Shown: one piece after another, positions 58,509-64,000 of the stretch
How positions within the stretch are numbered: the stretch's first letter is position 1
Layout: every line of letters begins with the position of its first letter
Assembly: GCF_000281045.1 (NCBI RefSeq)
Contig: NW_008246076.1
Location: 373,171 to 437,170, forward strand
Direction: 5' to 3'
Origin: Saprolegnia diclina VS20
Lineage: Eukaryota
Length of the DNA: 64,000 nucleotides
Made by a program: the position numbers and the translations under genes
Notes under the pieces: model-generated
The model's database searches: none
Told to the model about the DNA's origin: nothing
What the model saw: the letters and a program-made list of their open reading frames with translations, nothing else

Positions 58509-60044
58509 CTAGTTGCTGGCCGGCGGCTTGAGAAGCGTCGGCGGCTTGCGCGCCGTGCCATGCGGCAACGTCACGACGTCCTTGATCTTGCCCCACTCGG
58601 GCATCGTCACGAGCTCCTCCGACGCCGTCGGGTGGATCGCCACAATGTTGTCAAAATCTGATTTGTACGCGCCCATCTTGACGGCGACGCCAAAGCCCTG
58701 GATCATCTCGTCGGCGCCGAGGCCCGCGACGTGGACGCCGACGACAGTCTCTTCGACGCCGATGCACACGAGCTTCATCGCGGTTTGCACCTTGTCCTTC
58801 TCAGCGCTCATGGCGTAAAACATGTTGGAGAACGAGCTTGTGTGCGTCGTCACGTTGTGCGCACCGTACTGCGCAACGGCCTGCGGCTCGGTCAAGCCAA
58901 TCGTACCAATCGGCGGGTGGCTAAAGACGACCGTCGGGATCTGGTGGTAGTTGACACATGCGTTGGGCTCGTTGCCAAAGAGACGGTCCGCAAGGCGGCG
59001 ACCCGCCGCAATCGCCACCGGCGTCAGCTCCCACCCAGTCGTCGTCACGTCGCCGACCGCATGCACATTCGGGACGGTCGTGTTTTCTTGGGCGTCGACT
59101 TGAATAAACTGATCTGGCGAAAGTGCAATGTCGGTCGTCTCCAGACCCAAGTCGTGCGTCCGCGGTGTGCGACCAATCGCAAAGAGGACCGTCTCAAAGC
59201 CCGCGAACGACTGCGCCACGCCGGCCACCGTCGCTTGGATCGTCAACGTCCCGTCCTCCGCCTTCTCAATCGACGTGATGCCGCTCTCCCGCACAAAGCG
59301 GACGCCGGCACTATCCATTCATCATCATGAGCACGTTGCAATATCGAGAAGGAGATCGTACTGCTCCATCTCGGTGTTGACGAGGTCGCGCACGATCGGG
59401 TCAAAGGTGCGCAGAACTTGGTTGCCGCGGCAAAAGACCGTCGTGTCCGACTTGAGCGCGTTAAAAATGCCGGCGAGCTCGACCGCAATGTAGCCGGCGC
59501 CGACGACCGCGACCTTGCGGGGCTGCGTCTCGAGCGCAAAGAAGCCGTCGCTCGAGATCGCGTGTTCGATGCCGGGAAGCGGTGGCATGGCCGGGACACC
59601 GCCGACGGCAATGAGAATGTGCTTGGCCGCGTAGCGGTCGCCGTTGACTTCGACCGTGTGGTTGTCGACAAACTTGGCGGCGCCCATGACGAGGTCGACC
59701 TTGTCTTCGAGCATGCCCTCGCCATACATGTCGTTGAGCCACTTGACGTACGCGTCGCGCTTGGCCTTCATGGCCGCCCAGTCAAAGGCGCCAAATTGAA
59801 TGTCCTGCACGCCCTTGAAGGCGTACGCGCGCGCCGAGTGAAGCATCTCAGCGTGGAGCGCAGCGTTGAACATAATCTTCTTGGGCACGCAGCCGACGTT
59901 GACGCAGGTGCCACCGAGGCCAGCGCCGTCGTTGGCTTGGCCACGCTCGATGACAAGGACCTTGGCGCCGTAGGCCACCGCGCGGTGGGCCGACGAGACC
60001 CCGCCAGAGCCAGCGCCGAGAACAATGTAGTCGTACGTTGCCAT
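58509..60044 (-). CDS. Glutathione reductase-like flavoprotein disulfide reductase, copy A (divergent); intron 59311-59361
   Basis: [37 protein letters not shown] and AIHPTASEE motifs. Confidence 0.92.
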
Positions 60045-60765
60045 GCTGCGAAGTCGGTAGGCGATTTGCGACTGCCAGCGACGTCAAAGATTGCCCCACA
60101 CCAATCCGGAAACGCCTATCCGGATGAGCGCGATCTTGCTGTCGCTGACCGCAAGGTGCGAGGCGCGATGCAATTGATTGGCCGTGATCGACGTCGTTCT
60201 TAGCTTTCTAGCTGGTAGCGACGCTAGTTCGCTCGCCGAAGCATCGACCCATTGAAAAGTCCAGCTAAAGCCGAAACCCAAAGGTTAAACCAAAGGTTTT
60301 ACATCGACGAGCAACCTCAGCGCAAATAACCCAAAAATCTTAAATTTGTCATAACTTTGAACGAAAATTATTGATTAGAGAACTTTCGAAGCTCCTTTTT
60401 TGCTGTTTCCTGTAAGGGACCCTGTCACCGCACTGGTCGAGTAAAATCAACAATGAAATGGTCTGGAAACCCCGTCAAGGACGCGCCTCGAACCGACAAC
60501 CACGCAGCTAAGACATAGGCACTAAGCATATTTGGCAACCCGAGGTCGCGCAAGATTCAAATCGCGTAAGGACGAGGACGTTCGTAGTGGTGATGACGGA
60601 CGTCGTTGGATGACGCGGTCTGCACCAGTCGGTTCGCGATTTCGGGTGCAGAAAGATCGCGATCGTCGCTGTGATTGGTGGATCGAAAATCCAACCGCGT
60701 CCTTTGATTGGCTGCAGGGTGGCACGCCCACGGACGACCGCAACTTCCAAATTTGAATTTGCACC

Positions 60766-62310
60766 ATGGCGACGACCACAACCTACGACTACATTGTCAT
60801 TGGCGGCGGCTCGGGCGGCAACTCGTCTGCGCGCCGTGCTGCCGCGTACGGCGCCAAGGTCCTCGTCATCGAGCGCGGCCACGCCAACGACGGCGCCGGC
60901 ATGGGCGGCACCTGCGTCAACGTCGGCTGCGTGCCCAAGAAGGTCATGTTCAACGCGGCCATGCACGCCGAGATGCTCCACTCGGCGCACGCGTACACGT
61001 TCAAGAACATCCAGGACGTCGAGTACGGCTCGTTTGACTGGGCGGCGCTCAAGAAGAAGCGTGACGCGTACGTGGCGCGTCTCAACGGCATCTACGAGCG
61101 AAACCTCGGCAACAACAAGATCCCGCTGATCTACGGCGCCGCCAAGTTTGTCGACAACCACACAATCGAAGTCAACGGCGACCGCTACACGGCCAAGCAC
61201 ATCCTCATTGCCGTCGGCGGTGTCCCGGCCATGCCACCGCTTCCCGGCATCGAACACGCGATCTCGAGCGACGGCTTCTTTGCGCTCGAGACGCAGCCCC
61301 GCAAGGTCGCGGTCGTCGGCGCCGGCTACATTGCGGTCGAGCTCGCCGGCATCTTTAACGCGCTCAAGTCGGACACGACGGTCTTTTGCCGCGGCAACCA
61401 AGTTCTGCGCACCTTTGACCCGATCGTGCGCGACCTCGTCAACACCGAGATGGAGCAGTACGATATCCTTATCGATATTGCAACGTGCTCATGATGATGA
61501 ATGGATAGTGCCGGCGTCCGCTTTGTGCGGGAGAGCGGCATCACGTCGATTGAGAAGGCGGAGGACGGGACGTTGACGATCCAAGCGACGGTGGCCGGCG
61601 TGGCGCAGTCGTTCGCGGGCTTTGAGACGGTCCTCTTTGCGATTGGTCGCACACCGCGGACGCACGACTTGGGTCTGGAGACGACCGACATTGCACTTTC
61701 GCCAGATCAGTTTATTCAAGTCGACGCCCAAGAAAACACGACCGTCCCGAATGTGCATGCGGTCGGCGACGTGACGACGACCGGGTGGGAGCTGACGCCA
61801 GTGGCGATTGCGGCGGGTCGCCGCCTTGCGGACCGTCTATTCGGCAACGAGCCCAACGCATGTGTCAACTACCACCAGATCCCGACGGTCGTCTTTAGCC
61901 ACCCACCGATTGGTACGATTGGCTTGACCGAGCCGCAGGCCATTGAGCAGTACGGTGCGCACAACGTCAAGGTGTACACGAGCACGTTCTTCAACATGTT
62001 TTACGCCATGAGCGAGCAAGACGAGAAGCAAAAGACGGCCATGAAGCTCATGTGCATCGGCGAAGAAGAGACTGTCATCGGCGTCCACGTCGCGGGCCTC
62101 GGCGCCGACGAAATGATCCAGGGCTTTGGCGTCGCCGTCAAGATGGGCGCGTACAAATCAGACTTTGACAACATTGTGGCGATCCACCCGACGGCGTCGG
62201 AAGAGCTCGTGACGATGCCCGAGTGGGGCAAGATCAAGGACGTCGTGACGCTCACGCACGGCACGGCGCGGAAGCCGCCGACGCTCAAGCCCAAGGAGAG
62301 CGCGCTGTAA
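60766..62310 (+). CDS. GSR: Glutathione reductase, copy B (canonical); intron 61458-61508
   Basis: [41 protein letters not shown] and [13 protein letters not shown] motifs. Confidence 0.93.
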
Positions 62311-62407
62311 ACCAAGTTGAAATCAAAAAATTGCTTTTTGTACATGCCCAAGCACGTCGATAATGTCGCTGCTCTCAAGGGCTTGACCCATGAACGAATC
62401 GCAGTCC

Positions 62408-63563
62408 TCATGCTTGTCCGTCCGCCGGGTCCGTGTACTTGAGCAGAAACGACGTCGCGGTGGGCACGCGGGCGAGGAGGCCTGCGTGCGCCATCTCGAG
62501 AATATGATAGCTCATGCCAAAGGGCGACGACTTGACCTTGCGCTTGAGGACGTCGTGCTCGGTCATCTCTCGGTACGGTGCTCGCTACCCAAAACCACTT
62601 TCAACCATCGTTGTGGCAGCTTGATACATACCTGCAGAAGCATGCGGATCGTGCGTCGACCGGCATGCAGCGCCGAAACGAGCGCCCCGAGGCGCGGAAG
62701 TGAAAAGTAATACCGATCGACAGCCATCTCGACCGTGGCCACGAGAAACCCGAGGTGGACAAGGTGCCTAACGCTGAATGAGGCCGCCACTTCGACCTTG
62801 TGTGTACGCAATGTCCTTGTCCAGCGCCGTGTCTGGTGGCGGCGGTCGCCCTCGCCGCGTAAACTGCGCTCGCATCTCGTCGTAGAGCGTGCTTTTGGCG
62901 AGCGTCGAGCGCTACACCGCAGCATGAGGAACTCGTCGATCAAAGTCCAGGGACTGAGAGACCGTTGAGAGACGCGGTAGGATCTTGGCAAACATGCGGG
63001 CGCCGCGGCTACCTCTCGACAGGTCGAGAAGAAAGGCAGAGTAGTCGTGCGTCAACACAAGCGCGTGCACGTTGGGTCCTAACCGATGCCTCATGCATCG
63101 TCGTCGTAGCTGAAGCACTGCACCTGGTAGGTTGACTTGCAGCAAGAGCAGCGTGCCATCCAGTCGCAGCTCATGCACCTATGCACACGGATACACAGAG
63201 GACACGATACCAGCACGTACGCGTTGGTCGACAACCGTTCGGTTGGGCAGAACGCTGTAGCTACGAGGCGCCAAGTGAGATGAAAGCGCGTCGGCAGCAG
63301 CTACATGTGGTGGGCGAGAACGAGCGACGGCAGCGGGAAGGTCGCGTACGCCCGGTGATACCGGCCAAGCAGCATATGAATCGCCGCCAACGTGTCGTCC
63401 ATCACGTCGCTCTACAGCCATCGTGCGCCATGCGTGCGTCTTCTCAACCTACCGCCATCGCATCGAGCGCGTCGTCTTCGGTCGTGTCCATGGCTTCCAT
63501 GTCCAGCAGCGCGTTGTCGGCTGGCGCTGCCCGTGCCAGTTGCCGCAACCGTCCACGCAGCAT
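62408..63563 (-). CDS. STK19: STK19 (winged-helix repair factor)-like protein (multi-exon)
   Basis: Spliced segments LPSLVLAHH, YSVLPNRTVVDQR, VLTHDY, LVHLGFL...YYFSLPRLG...GRRTIRMLL and YREMTEHDVLKRKVKSSPFGMSYHILEM...VPTATSFLLK-stop follow the STK19 motif order. Confidence 0.75.
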
Positions 63564-64000
63564 CGCGGCAAATTTGTCGATTTCGAAATGCAATCGCGTT
63601 GTTCACGCGTGAAAATTGGTTTTACACGTGCGAAAATCAGTTCCACACATGGCCATCACCCGCGCGACCGGTGCAACATTCGTTTCGCGCCATTTTTCTC
63701 GTCGTGCCGCTTGGGCACCAAAGGTGGAAAAATTGTCTTGTGTACACAGATGTAGAGGCCGTCCATGTACAAAGGAGGATGTCGTACGAGTCGCGGGCAG
63801 CCCATCCTGTTGACAAACGCGACACCGTTCACCTCATTTCCAAGCATTTACCTCTCTACGGAGAGCACTTGATGGCGCTACCGCACCATCTTAGCATCAT
63901 CATGTGACGCTTACACCTGGAGGGCATGCCGCCGAGTCTGTACGTGCAGCTACAGGATAAGGACGTGTGGTTGCGGCTGTGTGGCCAAGGTGTTGCATGA

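Overview
Gene-dense eukaryotic DNA with short (~40-60 nt) GT-AG introns, INR-FPR and CCAAT promoter motifs and three assembly gaps. It is most consistent with an oomycete, probably Saprolegniales (inferred). The left end (~0.7-4.1 kb) is a large palindrome: two divergently oriented, diverged copies of a Uma2-like PD-(D/E)XK nuclease gene. Its perfect inner inverted repeat encloses a 165-bp copy of the neighbouring M3 peptidase gene. Next come an intronless Dcp-like M3 peptidase and a three-domain fusion (BtuF-like binding protein + DUF5522-like Cys motif + DUF71/Dph6-like PP-loop ATPase) that looks like a one-gene B12-salvage module. The rest holds START-FYVE, bZIP-like, ankyrin/tandem-kinase, PIBF1, SPAG16/PF20, a ~14-kb sacsin-like gene, a CBP/p300-like HAT, STRIP/Far11, La, CIP2A and STK19 homologues plus several hypotheticals. 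Near the right end is an inverted glutathione-reductase pair, near-identical in the middle but diverged where the disulfide substrate is predicted to bind. Family calls come from motif recognition only, with no database search. Spans of multi-exon genes include introns.
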